A stretch of 64,000 bases of DNA from a virus. The notes beneath the pieces were generated by a model. The model had not been told where the DNA came from. It worked only from the letters and a program-made list of their open reading frames with translations, and did no database searches. Shown piece by piece: positions 36,876 to 47,323 of the stretch. The stretch lies in the IMG/VR virus record IMGVR_UViG_3300016469_000571, positions 30,556-94,555 of that record. One strand, written 5' to 3'. The position numbers and the translations under genes are program-made. How positions within the stretch are numbered: the first letter of the stretch is position 1; each line of letters starts with the position of its first letter.

Positions 36876-39800
36876 CTAAATTCAGTATTAATGGTTAGTT
36901 TATTTAATTCAAAATATTCATTATTTTGAGAAACTAACTTTACTACTGATCCAGATTGACCTGTTTTGTTAAAATAAATTAATCTACATCTATCTACACC
37001 ATCTATAGATTCAGCAGAATTTTGAATATCTGCATCTTCTAATACTCTTCCTAACTCTAATACATTTACTAAATTAGTAACAGCATTTGTTACGTTTTGA
37101 ACAACGGTAGATTCCGTTAATCCATTAGTTAATGTAATTAATATTAAAATCTCCAAATCAACGCTTAACTTACTTGCTTCTTTTACTAAAACATCTGCAT
37201 TAATTGGTCTTGTAGATTCATTTGCAAATGTTACATCTCCTATAATTTTATTATAATTGTATCTTAGTGTTATTCTTTCATTTTGTTTTGGAGCTACATA
37301 ATCATAAAAAGCTTTGTATCTGGAAGAACCATTTGGTTGATTAAATAATGACAAAACAATTCTTGTAGATTGAGAGCTTCTAAATCCAGCACCAACTATT
37401 TTATTTAAATATATAAATTTTTTATTTGTATATTGATTTCCATTTCTTGTAAAATTAATTGTTTCTGAATCATTCTCTATAATAAAATAAAACGTACTTA
37501 ATAATTTATCTCCAACTACAGTTGGTTCATTTAATTTAATATCTAAACTAGACAAACTACTATCTTTTATTAAATTATTAAAATACCTATCTTCATTTAT
37601 AGAAGCATTAAATAAATTATATTCATAATCTTTTGTTAAAATAACATCTCCATTTGTAGTTACTTTTTCTAAACTAACTACATTTACTAGTTTAATAGAA
37701 CTGCTTATTGCAGAGTTTGAGTTTAGTCCAAGATATTTTCTTATTGCTTCAGCAAAGTTAACTCTACCATCACTGTAAATGCCAGTAAACAATACATCTG
37801 TGGCTTTATACAAAACATTTCCAACAAATGTAATACTTCCTGGATTTACTATATTATCTGATAATGTACATAATAATTTACTTGAACTATTTTTTAATAG
37901 ATCATAACTATAAAAACAAATAACAACATAATCATTTATTGTATATGACCCAGATAAAATTAATTTATTATTACTTAAATCAATAGTTACAGGAAGCTCT
38001 TTATTATCTTTTATTCTTATTGCAAATATATTGTTTGTATTTATATTTGTAAAATCTTTTGTTATGGTAAGCAAATTTGATGAGTCATCGAAACTTGTAA
38101 TGTCGTAAACTCCTTTGTTTAATCCATTTATTTTTAATTTGTAATTAAAAATGCTTGGTATAAAAGAAAAATCTAAAGAAGCTCCAAATAATGAATACTC
38201 ATATCCATCATCTAAAATATACCCATCTGTACCAGTAAACAACTCATACCCATCAGACTCTCTTATAATAGAGTAATCTATAGAAGTGTCATCTACAAAG
38301 CTATTTAATGGTAAATAATAATTTGAACCATCAAATTTTATTTGATTAAATCTATACAATAACAATTCATTTGAATAATTTAATGGCTGAAATCTTGATA
38401 ACTCTTTTGGATAGTACAAAACAATTACATTATCTCCTATAGCTGGAGAATTGTATCCAGATAATATGGCTTGGTATAATTGATTTGTATTTTCTAACGT
38501 ACCTAAATTATCAGCATTCCAATATTCATTTGTATTTGTAATATTAAATATAGATATTATTTCTACTGTAAAGTTTATGCTAGAAACATCTAACTCTACA
38601 TATAGATCTCCATCTGTATTTTGTTTTACAATTGCATTTTGACTTCTTAAGTTATTTGTTAAGTTAGTTAATTGACCACCACTAAAATTATTTAAAAATC
38701 CATTTGCTAATTTGCTTGATGGCAAATTAGATGTAGTAGTGTTTAAACTATTATTTGTATTTGCTATGTAATTTACATTTAAATACAATGATGACTGAGA
38801 AGTGTTTATATTTGCTGTAGGAATACTTATATTAAAACCAGATATTGATCCAGATATGTTATCTACTGTAAACACATCTAAGTTATTTGTTTTTACAGTA
38901 ACAAAATCATTCTCTTGAGCTGTAGTATCAGTTGGTAATATTATTTCAAAATTATAATAAACATTTGAATTAAATAATGTAGATGTAGCTTGAAACAAGC
39001 CATCATTGTTTTTTGTATTATATAATTCTTGGTTTGAATATCTTAATTTAATTGAAAAAACAGATGTTGGTTCTAAATCTAAATTTGATAAAGATACTTT
39101 TAATCTATCTATGTATTTACCAGAAGTTACTTTAGATACGTACCCAGTGTATTGATTAAAACTAAAACAAGATATCACTGAGCTTGCTGGTAATGTTGTT
39201 GATCCTACAAAATAAGAGCTTGTATTATCCAAACTAAATAATACTTTTTCATTTCTTACTAATGAACCATATCCCCAATCAATACTATCATCTACAATTC
39301 TTGAATTATTTGTGTTCTTTAAACCATCAAAATCTAAGTGATTGTCATAAGTTACGATCCAATTATAATCAACTTGCAAAATATCTGTGGCTGATGGCAA
39401 TGTACTTCCAGATATTTTTATTCTACCTGTAGTATTTATTGAACCAGAGCCATCTAGATTTTGATTTGTTACTATATATCTTTCTCCAGTATTTGTATTA
39501 AAAACTCTTGTTACATTTGTAATTGGGTAGTGTAATAATTGAATAATAGATCTATCTGAAGTTACTTTTGAATTTTCATTTGTAACCAAAACAGATTGTT
39601 CTATTTTAGATATTTTAGTTACATCTGAATAAGTTAAAGTATCTTGACCATTTGTTTGATTTTTAATTCTGTCTTCTTGAAAATCAGATATTGTATTTGA
39701 TATCCATTTTAATTTATCAAAACCCCATGGGCTTCCTGCATAATATCCAGTATCTTTTACTAACTCATAATTACCAGAAACTCTGCCGAATTCATCTACA

Positions 39801-40867
39801 GTTTTTTCTTTAAAATTAGAACCAGATAAAGATCCAGTTATTTGAACAATATCACTTACTGGTTGAGTTGGTAATATACCTGTAGCAAGATTGTCTACTC
39901 TTTTTTTAGAAACTGTTTTATTTTCATCCCCTAATATTTGACCTATAGTATAATCATTTAAACTATTTGTAGCATCTGATGAATTTGATTTGTCTAAATA
40001 AATAAATGAATCTGTAGCTTCAATTATATTTGATCCTAAAACAACAATATCTACTTTACCGCCATTGCCTTCTTTTACTATGGTTAATGTACCTTCTGAG
40101 TTTTTTTCTACTACAGTTCCATCTCTTGTCATTAATGGATCATTTGGTTCTACAATATAAATATCTGTAACTCCACTTACAGAGGCAGATGTATTAAAAT
40201 AACCTAAATTAGTTCCAACGCTAGATCCAGAAAAAGTAGAAAGAACTCTATCTCTAAATGCAGCATCATTTTCAGGATCAGAACCTCCATTAAATGCATT
40301 TACATTTAATACATTACTTGATCCAATAATATTTGTTCTAGATAAACTGTATTTTGCTATATTTCCAGAAATACCTGGAGTACTTGCAGTCACAGATAAT
40401 TCTACAGCAAATTGATCTGTTATTCCAAGGTTATCTAAATCAGCTCTATATTTTGCAGCAACACCTCTATAAAAATTAGCATTAGATGCATTAACTATAG
40501 TGCTTGAATTTATTGCAAATGGTATTCCATTTTGAGAAAAAACCAAATCCCCTTTGTTTATTGCTACATTGCCATCTATTGAATTAAATGTAATAATTGC
40601 TAATCCAGATGCAGGTCTAGATACTTGTCTTGCTAGTCCAAAATTTCTTGCTAGCTTGTCTAGATCTGATCCTATAACAAGTCTTAATGATTGATTGGCT
40701 GATATATTTGCAAGCTCGCTATACAAAGAAGATAACTGCGTTGCTAATGGAGAGATAAAGATATCTCTTGTTACAGTGCCAGGCTTTGTATCTAACTCTG
40801 GTTTTACTAATCTATAAAAATCTATAAGATTTAAAATTATCTCATTGGTATTTCTTATGTTAACCAT
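36872..40867 (-). CDS. Baseplate J / gp6-like protein with large insertions
   Basis: PGTVTRD, LDKLARNFGLAR, A.G, PG..GN, GGSDPEND..FRDR, GGKVDI, IDGVD. Confidence 0.88.
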   Translation of the reverse strand: MVNIRNTNEIILNLIDFYRLVKPELDTKPGTVTRDIFISPLATQLSSLYSELANISANQSLRLVIGSDLDKLARNFGLARQVSRPASGLAIITFNSIDGNVAINKGDLVFSQNGIPFAINSSTIVNASNANFYRGVAAKYRADLDNLGITDQFAVELSVTASTPGISGNIAKYSLSRTNIIGSSNVLNVNAFNGGSDPENDAAFRDRVLSTFSGSSVGTNLGYFNTSASVSGVTDIYIVEPNDPLMTRDGTVVEKNSEGTLTIVKEGNGGKVDIVVLGSNIIEATDSFIYLDKSNSSDATNSLNDYTIGQILGDENKTVSKKRVDNLATGILPTQPVSDIVQITGSLSGSNFKEKTVDEFGRVSGNYELVKDTGYYAGSPWGFDKLKWISNTISDFQEDRIKNQTNGQDTLTYSDVTKISKIEQSVLVTNENSKVTSDRSIIQLLHYPITNVTRVFNTNTGERYIVTNQNLDGSGSINTTGRIKISGSTLPSATDILQVDYNWIVTYDNHLDFDGLKNTNNSRIVDDSIDWGYGSLVRNEKVLFSLDNTSSYFVGSTTLPASSVISCFSFNQYTGYVSKVTSGKYIDRLKVSLSNLDLEPTSVFSIKLRYSNQELYNTKNNDGLFQATSTLFNSNVYYNFEIILPTDTTAQENDFVTVKTNNLDVFTVDNISGSISGFNISIPTANINTSQSSLYLNVNYIANTNNSLNTTTSNLPSSKLANGFLNNFSGGQLTNLTNNLRSQNAIVKQNTDGDLYVELDVSSINFTVEIISIFNITNTNEYWNADNLGTLENTNQLYQAILSGYNSPAIGDNVIVLYYPKELSRFQPLNYSNELLLYRFNQIKFDGSNYYLPLNSFVDDTSIDYSIIRESDGYELFTGTDGYILDDGYEYSLFGASLDFSFIPSIFNYKLKINGLNKGVYDITSFDDSSNLLTITKDFTNINTNNIFAIRIKDNKELPVTIDLSNNKLILSGSYTINDYVVICFYSYDLLKNSSSKLLCTLSDNIVNPGSITFVGNVLYKATDVLFTGIYSDGRVNFAEAIRKYLGLNSNSAISSSIKLVNVVSLEKVTTNGDVILTKDYEYNLFNASINEDRYFNNLIKDSSLSSLDIKLNEPTVVGDKLLSTFYFIIENDSETINFTRNGNQYTNKKFIYLNKIVGAGFRSSQSTRIVLSLFNQPNGSSRYKAFYDYVAPKQNERITLRYNYNKIIGDVTFANESTRPINADVLVKEASKLSVDLEILILITLTNGLTESTVVQNVTNAVTNLVNVLELGRVLEDADIQNSAESIDGVDRCRLIYFNKTGQSGSVVKLVSQNNEYFELNKLTINTEFR

Positions 40868-40877
40868 ATTTAAATGT

Positions 40878-41309
40878 TTAAATAGTGCTTAATCTAAAAG
40901 CAGTTGTAATTGGTTTAAATCCTTTTGATATTACTGTAATATAAACCTCAAATACTCTTGGATCAAATTCGCTTCTTATTACTTGTACAGATTGTACAGT
41001 AGCTATTTGCTCATCTGCTGATAAGCTTTGAGTTGATTTTATTTGATAATTTTGCAAATCTTTTAAATTTTCTAAAGCTTTTATAATTTGATTTTTTGAA
41101 ATTGAATTTAATAATTCGTCAGATTCAGGAGAACCTATAACTGTTTTAGATAAAAATGATCCGTACCAAGGATTCAATGGGTCATATCCAACAGGAGTTA
41201 AACATATTTTTAATACATCTTGTATTAATTTTTCAGAGTCTATTATTGTTTTAATATCTCCATTTTCTATCACTAAATCTGCATTTTTTATTTTTAAATC
41301 AAATGACAT
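40878..41309 (-). CDS. Baseplate gp25/GpW-like protein
   Basis: DL.IENGD, KLIQD....LTP.G..P..PWYGS; sits directly before J. Confidence 0.8.
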   Translation of the reverse strand: MSFDLKIKNADLVIENGDIKTIIDSEKLIQDVLKICLTPVGYDPLNPWYGSFLSKTVIGSPESDELLNSISKNQIIKALENLKDLQNYQIKSTQSLSADEQIATVQSVQVIRSEFDPRVFEVYITVISKGFKPITTAFRLSTI

Positions 41310-42925
41310 TATACCCGTATTCCAAATTGTTTTCTTTCTGTATATATTATTTGCATAATATTATATAAACCAAATACTGTTTTTTGTAACTCTATTATTG
41401 ATTCTTGTACAGGCGGTCTTTCTTCATTTGATATGTTTAATTTTTTACTTGCTCTTAAAAAAGCGTCATCGTCTAACAATCCTAATAAGAATTTTCTTTC
41501 AACTAAATACATAGCTCCAAGTATTGCAATAATATCACACAATCCTAATCCACTAAACTCACCCATAATTATTTCTATTTTTCTTAAAGCATCTGAAGCT
41601 TTATTATCAAATACAGTTTTTCTTTTCAATAAAGAACTTAAAGTGTCTTTTATTAAATTTCCAAAAGCTTCTGCTGTATAATCAATTACAGAGCCTAAAT
41701 ATTCTGTTATTTTTTCTCCAATTGTATCTGCTGTAGTATTTGTTAAGTTTGTTTGCGGTGTTAAATTATTTATAAAATCTTTATATAAAAATAATTTTAT
41801 TTCTTTATCTAAATCTGTATTAAACTTATCTGTAAATAAATCTACTGAGAGAGTTTTTACTCCAGCTTCAGGTCCGCTTGGATTGCATATTGGCAAATAA
41901 GTAGTAATAGAAAAAGTAAGATCTATATCTGATTGTGCTTGAATTAATTCATCAACCATAGAACTAATTAAATTAATAAACTTTAAAAACATTTCTCTTT
42001 CAACAATCCCATAAGAAGTAGGATCCTGAATGTTATTAATTAATTTTTCATCTTTTATTTTTTCATTCGATTTAACGAAATCAACAATCTGCTGTCCAAA
42101 TTGACCAATTTCTCCTTGTCTATTTTGAGATAAATATCTGTTTTCAATAATTGTTTGAAGTAATGGTATCTTTGCAGTTAATGTTGGGTTTATTTGCAAA
42201 TGACTTTTTTTAAATGGAAAAGGTACAGATGGTCTTTTTATTGCACACAAATCTAATCTTGGATCATTTATCAATGGAAAAATAAAATGATACCTTTTAG
42301 CTATTAATTTTGGAGATTCTATATACTCAAGCAAAGATCTATTTAATGGATCTGATAGCTTTACTAAATAAGAATGATTTTCTAATTCAAAATCAAAAGC
42401 ATTTTGATACTTATCTATATGATCATTAAAATTTCTTAAATTATAAGATGTTAACAAATACAAAGAAGTATTTATATCTCTATAAGATAAATTATTTACA
42501 ACAGTAGAATTATAATAAGCTTCTTTTTTATTTGAAAAATTATAAAATCCATTAATTGGATTGTTAATAATATCTACTTTATTTTTTGTTTTAATTTGTC
42601 GTGTATTAAAAATAGGATCTGTAAGGTATTTAATACCATCATGCCCTGGATTATAAAAAGCCCCAGAATTTGATATCACTGGTAAGCCTATTAATCTAAG
42701 AAATGCGCTTATTCTACTTTCTTGATATGTATCTGAAACTTGAAGCTTTCCTGATATCCCAGAAAAATCTTCTGGTTTAATTGTTTTAACTTTTTTTAAA
42801 TTATCAGGAGAAGATATATTTACATACCCTCTAATATCATCAATTTCAGATACAATTGTATTGTAGAAATTTTCTATATTTATTTGATAATTCTGATTGT
42901 TTTTATAATTAGACTGGTTAGTCAT
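41309..42925 (-). CDS. Hypothetical protein in the baseplate module
   Basis: 538-aa ORF; position only. Confidence 0.6.
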   Translation of the reverse strand: MTNQSNYKNNQNYQINIENFYNTIVSEIDDIRGYVNISSPDNLKKVKTIKPEDFSGISGKLQVSDTYQESRISAFLRLIGLPVISNSGAFYNPGHDGIKYLTDPIFNTRQIKTKNKVDIINNPINGFYNFSNKKEAYYNSTVVNNLSYRDINTSLYLLTSYNLRNFNDHIDKYQNAFDFELENHSYLVKLSDPLNRSLLEYIESPKLIAKRYHFIFPLINDPRLDLCAIKRPSVPFPFKKSHLQINPTLTAKIPLLQTIIENRYLSQNRQGEIGQFGQQIVDFVKSNEKIKDEKLINNIQDPTSYGIVEREMFLKFINLISSMVDELIQAQSDIDLTFSITTYLPICNPSGPEAGVKTLSVDLFTDKFNTDLDKEIKLFLYKDFINNLTPQTNLTNTTADTIGEKITEYLGSVIDYTAEAFGNLIKDTLSSLLKRKTVFDNKASDALRKIEIIMGEFSGLGLCDIIAILGAMYLVERKFLLGLLDDDAFLRASKKLNISNEERPPVQESIIELQKTVFGLYNIMQIIYTERKQFGIRV

Positions 42926-42927
42926 AC

Positions 42928-45117
42928 TTATATATCAGAAATGTCTCTTCTTGGCTTACCATCAGAATCGATTCCTGTATCAGTAGTACCTAGTACTCCT
43001 GCTGCAATAAATCTATATTCTAGTTTTTGTATTTCTGATGTAGCTGATTGATTTAAATCTTCTGGTAGTGTTACTAAAGTTAAAGATTGATTGTCAAAAG
43101 AAACATCTACTTCTCCTTTTCCATCTACATTAGAAGATATTTGACCAATAAATAATCCTTGACCATCATAAACAAAATTACTTATTTCTCCTAAAGTAAC
43201 GTTTGCTGTTAGTTTATTTGCTATAATCAAAGCCAAATCACTTGGAATATTCTGTGCAACTTGTTGATTATTAGCATCTCTTAAATCAACAGATACAACT
43301 ACTTTTTGAGTTGTAAATTGAACTTTAGGCTCAACTGTAAATGTACTCTTTGATGTATCAATAGATAAACCAATTAACTCTTCCAATGAATTATTACATT
43401 TTTCTTGCAAATCAGTTAAACATGTAGTTGATGTTGCTTGAAATTCAGCTAGTGTTGTTTCATTTAAATCTGATCTCAATTTATCTAATGCTGTTTGTAA
43501 ACATTGTTGAGTAAAATCTAAATCAGGAAATCTATCTGAATTTACTAATTCTGTAAGTAAATCTAACTTTAAATTAAAACTACCAGCAACTACTGTATTA
43601 ACAAAGTCAATATCATTTCTTAATTCTACATTACATGCAGATGATACTAAATCTTTTGAAAATAATACTTCAAAATTTGGTTTTAAAGTATATTCCATGT
43701 TTGTATATTGATAACCATCTGTGCTTTCTAATACTGGATTTGGATCAAATTCTGTTGGATAAAATAGAAAATTTTCTAATGTTGCAGGGTTTGTTGTAAA
43801 TGATATTCCATCAGATGCAAAACCATACAATGGAGTGACACCATCAGCTTCATAACCAAGTCCACCAGCCAAATTTAATACACCATTAGCCGCTCCAGTT
43901 ATTGAATTATCCCATAAGTATAAGTTTGTTGTTGGCGCATTTAATACAATGCAATCTTTAAAAATTACAAATCTTGGAATTCCATATTCTACACCATTTC
44001 GCGCATAACTAGATGGATTATAAAATACTTTTATATCTACAGTGTATGCAGCTTGTTTTGGATTTGTATTTGCTGTATAAACAACATCTGTTGGAAAAAA
44101 TACAGGCTTTGGGTTTATAAAACTTGGAATGTCATATGCATCAACTATATTTAAAAACCTTTCGTCTATATTTTGGAAATTATCATACAATTGATATGAT
44201 TGTTGTCTTATTGGAAATGATAATGTATTTCCACCACCAGGAATGGTAGGGAATGGAACAAGAACATTTGAAACAGCAACAATTGAATTGTAATATTGTA
44301 AAGTTCCAGTTTGTCTATTTGTATTAGATAATACATAATCTGGACAAACATCTGAGTTGCAACACTCATCCAAAAACTCCTGCTCTGATATTGTAGATGG
44401 ATCAGATTTATTGCAAGGCGGAATTCTAAACTTAATTGCAAGAATATCTTTTATTGTTTTAAAAATAATAGCAAATGCAGATAATAATACAAATAAATTT
44501 TGAAAAATACACAACAAAGCAGCTATTTTTTTTGAAATAGAAGTAATAGACTCATTATCTGCTTTTTGAATTGCATTGTTTAATGCTTTAATATTTCTTA
44601 AAATTGCATTAACTAGTTTTAATATTTGACTTATTATATAATTAATAAGCTCTAAAATTAACAACAATAATGATATGATCATTACTATTAAAGCAAATAT
44701 AGGAAATAAAGATAAAAAGTCAGGAATGCATGTTCTAAATAATTTACGAATAGCTCTTAATAATTTTACTGGATTTTTTAAAGCACATATTATTTCTATA
44801 ATACAAACAATTAAGTTTAATATTGGTAAGAAAAATTTATAAAGCATTAAAAATGGAAAAAATTTATCCAATAGCTTCATAATGCCATCAAATATATCTT
44901 TTCCAAAATTTGGGTTTAATGCTGGTTGTAAAATACCAGATGGTAATATTAGCTTTAATTTACTAAAGATATCTAATAAACTTTCAGGTAAACCTCCTGG
45001 AATTTGAAACTTATTTAATGGTAAAGATATAGAAAATCCTTGACCAAAACCAGGTATAAAATCAGCCGGAGGAGGATCTGGCAGGTTTATATCAATATCA
45101 TTAATATCACATGGCAT
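42928..45117 (-). CDS. Hypothetical protein with hydrophobic helices and a C-terminal Ig-like segment
   Basis: Three long apolar segments in the N-terminal 230 aa; S.FTV.P...V.V.LRDAN. Confidence 0.6.
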   Translation of the reverse strand: MPCDINDIDINLPDPPPADFIPGFGQGFSISLPLNKFQIPGGLPESLLDIFSKLKLILPSGILQPALNPNFGKDIFDGIMKLLDKFFPFLMLYKFFLPILNLIVCIIEIICALKNPVKLLRAIRKLFRTCIPDFLSLFPIFALIVMIISLLLLILELINYIISQILKLVNAILRNIKALNNAIQKADNESITSISKKIAALLCIFQNLFVLLSAFAIIFKTIKDILAIKFRIPPCNKSDPSTISEQEFLDECCNSDVCPDYVLSNTNRQTGTLQYYNSIVAVSNVLVPFPTIPGGGNTLSFPIRQQSYQLYDNFQNIDERFLNIVDAYDIPSFINPKPVFFPTDVVYTANTNPKQAAYTVDIKVFYNPSSYARNGVEYGIPRFVIFKDCIVLNAPTTNLYLWDNSITGAANGVLNLAGGLGYEADGVTPLYGFASDGISFTTNPATLENFLFYPTEFDPNPVLESTDGYQYTNMEYTLKPNFEVLFSKDLVSSACNVELRNDIDFVNTVVAGSFNLKLDLLTELVNSDRFPDLDFTQQCLQTALDKLRSDLNETTLAEFQATSTTCLTDLQEKCNNSLEELIGLSIDTSKSTFTVEPKVQFTTQKVVVSVDLRDANNQQVAQNIPSDLALIIANKLTANVTLGEISNFVYDGQGLFIGQISSNVDGKGEVDVSFDNQSLTLVTLPEDLNQSATSEIQKLEYRFIAAGVLGTTDTGIDSDGKPRRDISDI

Positions 45118-45119
45118 TA

Positions 45120-45404
45120 TTACTCTCTTATATTTTCTATGCTAGCAATTAATTTATTTGCTACTAATTCTGATATATCATTTATTTGATTTGAATTTAT
45201 ATTGCAGTCTAAATCACTAGCTACTTTTACAATTATATTAATAATATCTTTTTTTGTATTTGCTACAATATCTTTGCTAGCAAATTCTTGTTCTTCTATA
45301 TTAGGTCCAAGAGAGTTTAAAATATCATTTGCTAATTTTATTTTTCCTAAAGCTTTTAATTCATTTGCTTCTAAAACTAATCTATTGTATTGCTCTTTTT
45401 TCAT
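45120..45404 (-). CDS. Hypothetical protein
   Basis: 94 aa; GGAGG RBS and ATGA overlap. Confidence 0.7.
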   Translation of the reverse strand: MKKEQYNRLVLEANELKALGKIKLANDILNSLGPNIEEQEFASKDIVANTKKDIINIIVKVASDLDCNINSNQINDISELVANKLIASIENIRE

Positions 45405-47323
45405 ATTGATCCTCCAAATTCTTTTAATACCATTCTATTATTTAATATTAAATTTTCAGCTTCTAAAGTCATTGTAGCATCTGATTTAATAACAACATCG
45501 CTATTTGCATGAAACAACATTCGTCCAGCAGTTAATATCTTCACACCTTCTGAATCTATTCTAAGTAGTGTCGCTTGAAATCCAGGTCTTAAAACTCTAA
45601 TGTCTAATGTTCCACCTAAATATCCATTATTTAATTTACTAAATCTAGAGTCTCCATCTACTCCAGTTCCACCAATTTGAATAATCATGTTTCCATCTAA
45701 ATTATAAACCATACTATTGTTGTTTCTGTCTCTTCCTATATTTCCCAAAACACCACCAGCAAAATCAAATACTAAAGATTGTCTATCAGATGTATTAGCT
45801 CCAACATTTAATTCTAATGAACCATCTAAGCTAATTAATCCAGATCTGCCACCAGCATTTGCATTTTCTCCTGAAATAAATATTTCTTTTGAAATAAAAT
45901 CTTTTGAAATATAAGTATTGTTTAATGCTATTGTTTCGTCATTTTGATAGTTTATAAAATCCAAAGATTGATGTGCTATACATGTTTTTGATAAATCATG
46001 ATATGCAGTACCATGCTTTATATGCTGATTTGTAAACCTATCTATAGGAGTAACAATTTCTCCTAATTCATTTTTAATTTCAATAAATCCTTTATTAAAA
46101 GAATCATGTAAAACATCTAAACCATCTTCTCTAAAAATTAACTTGTTTGGATTTTTATTATCTTCTTCAGATATATGAGAATAATTTTCATATCTAGTTA
46201 GAACAGGAATATTTCCTATTTCAGATGAACAAGATATGTTTGCTTTGAATTGACCTTCTTTATCTACATCAATAAAAAACCTAGATCTATTTCTAGAATA
46301 GTTTGCCGAGTCATTTACATCAGGTACTTTGTCTATATCTTTTTTTGAATTTAACTCAAAATGATACGCAATTCCTTTTCTTTGTAAATCTTTAATTTTA
46401 AAAAAAGTTTCTGTTTTATCATTATTGCTATCTTCTGAAAATGATTTGTCAAATTTTATTGGATATCTATTAATGTCTAATACATTTCCAAAAATATCTA
46501 CAACTGTACCTTCAATCTTTTCTATTAAATCATTTGGATTGTTTAAGCTTAAATTAAGAACATTTGATCGTAATTTTCTTCTATCAGGATAAGAATAATC
46601 ATTTTCTTCTTTTTGATTTTTATAAAATAAAGACTCAGAAAAATCATTTAATACATTAGATGATTTTTGAAATTCATTTATAACAGATCTAATTTCAACT
46701 AAAGGTGGGTTTTTATTAAATGTCTCTGATAAATTATTTGTATTAATTTTTGGATCTAAACCTATAGAACTTCTAGATAAATAATACTCATTATCTTTTA
46801 ATTTTAAAAGATCCGAATTGTTTAATAAATGATTTTTTTCTCTTTTTATTAAACCATTTATAGTAATATTAGCCTCAGATATAGAATATTTATTTCCATA
46901 ATAATTAGAATAATAATTTTTTGTAGAATTAAGCTCTATATTTAAATCATCTGATCCTAGAGTAATTTTTTCATTTGATAATAAAATTTTTGAAAGTTCT
47001 GAAGATTGTACAACAATAGTATCTTGTGGCAAGTCCGGAATATTTAATAAACTATTAGGTACAGAAGATACATAATAATATTGATTTCCACTTCCTTGAG
47101 CAACAATAATATCTGAGCCTTCTTTTGGTTTTGAACCTATAAACAAACCATTATCAAACAACAAAGAAGTAGGGATTGGTATGTCTATTAAAGACGCATT
47201 TCCTTTTACACTAGTAGATGTGTTTAATTGTATTTTTATTGTTTTATTAAGATTATCATATTTTATAATCTTAGCTCTTCTTACCAAACCAACAGGCTCG
47301 TCAAATATTTTTGTACCTATCAT
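45401..47323 (-). CDS. Putative baseplate spike (gp5/gpV-like)
   Basis: N-terminal OB-like segment (P.EGS.IIV), beta-repeat C-terminus; follows the hub gene. Confidence 0.55.
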   Translation of the reverse strand: MIGTKIFDEPVGLVRRAKIIKYDNLNKTIKIQLNTSTSVKGNASLIDIPIPTSLLFDNGLFIGSKPKEGSDIIVAQGSGNQYYYVSSVPNSLLNIPDLPQDTIVVQSSELSKILLSNEKITLGSDDLNIELNSTKNYYSNYYGNKYSISEANITINGLIKREKNHLLNNSDLLKLKDNEYYLSRSSIGLDPKINTNNLSETFNKNPPLVEIRSVINEFQKSSNVLNDFSESLFYKNQKEENDYSYPDRRKLRSNVLNLSLNNPNDLIEKIEGTVVDIFGNVLDINRYPIKFDKSFSEDSNNDKTETFFKIKDLQRKGIAYHFELNSKKDIDKVPDVNDSANYSRNRSRFFIDVDKEGQFKANISCSSEIGNIPVLTRYENYSHISEEDNKNPNKLIFREDGLDVLHDSFNKGFIEIKNELGEIVTPIDRFTNQHIKHGTAYHDLSKTCIAHQSLDFINYQNDETIALNNTYISKDFISKEIFISGENANAGGRSGLISLDGSLELNVGANTSDRQSLVFDFAGGVLGNIGRDRNNNSMVYNLDGNMIIQIGGTGVDGDSRFSKLNNGYLGGTLDIRVLRPGFQATLLRIDSEGVKILTAGRMLFHANSDVVIKSDATMTLEAENLILNNRMVLKEFGGSI

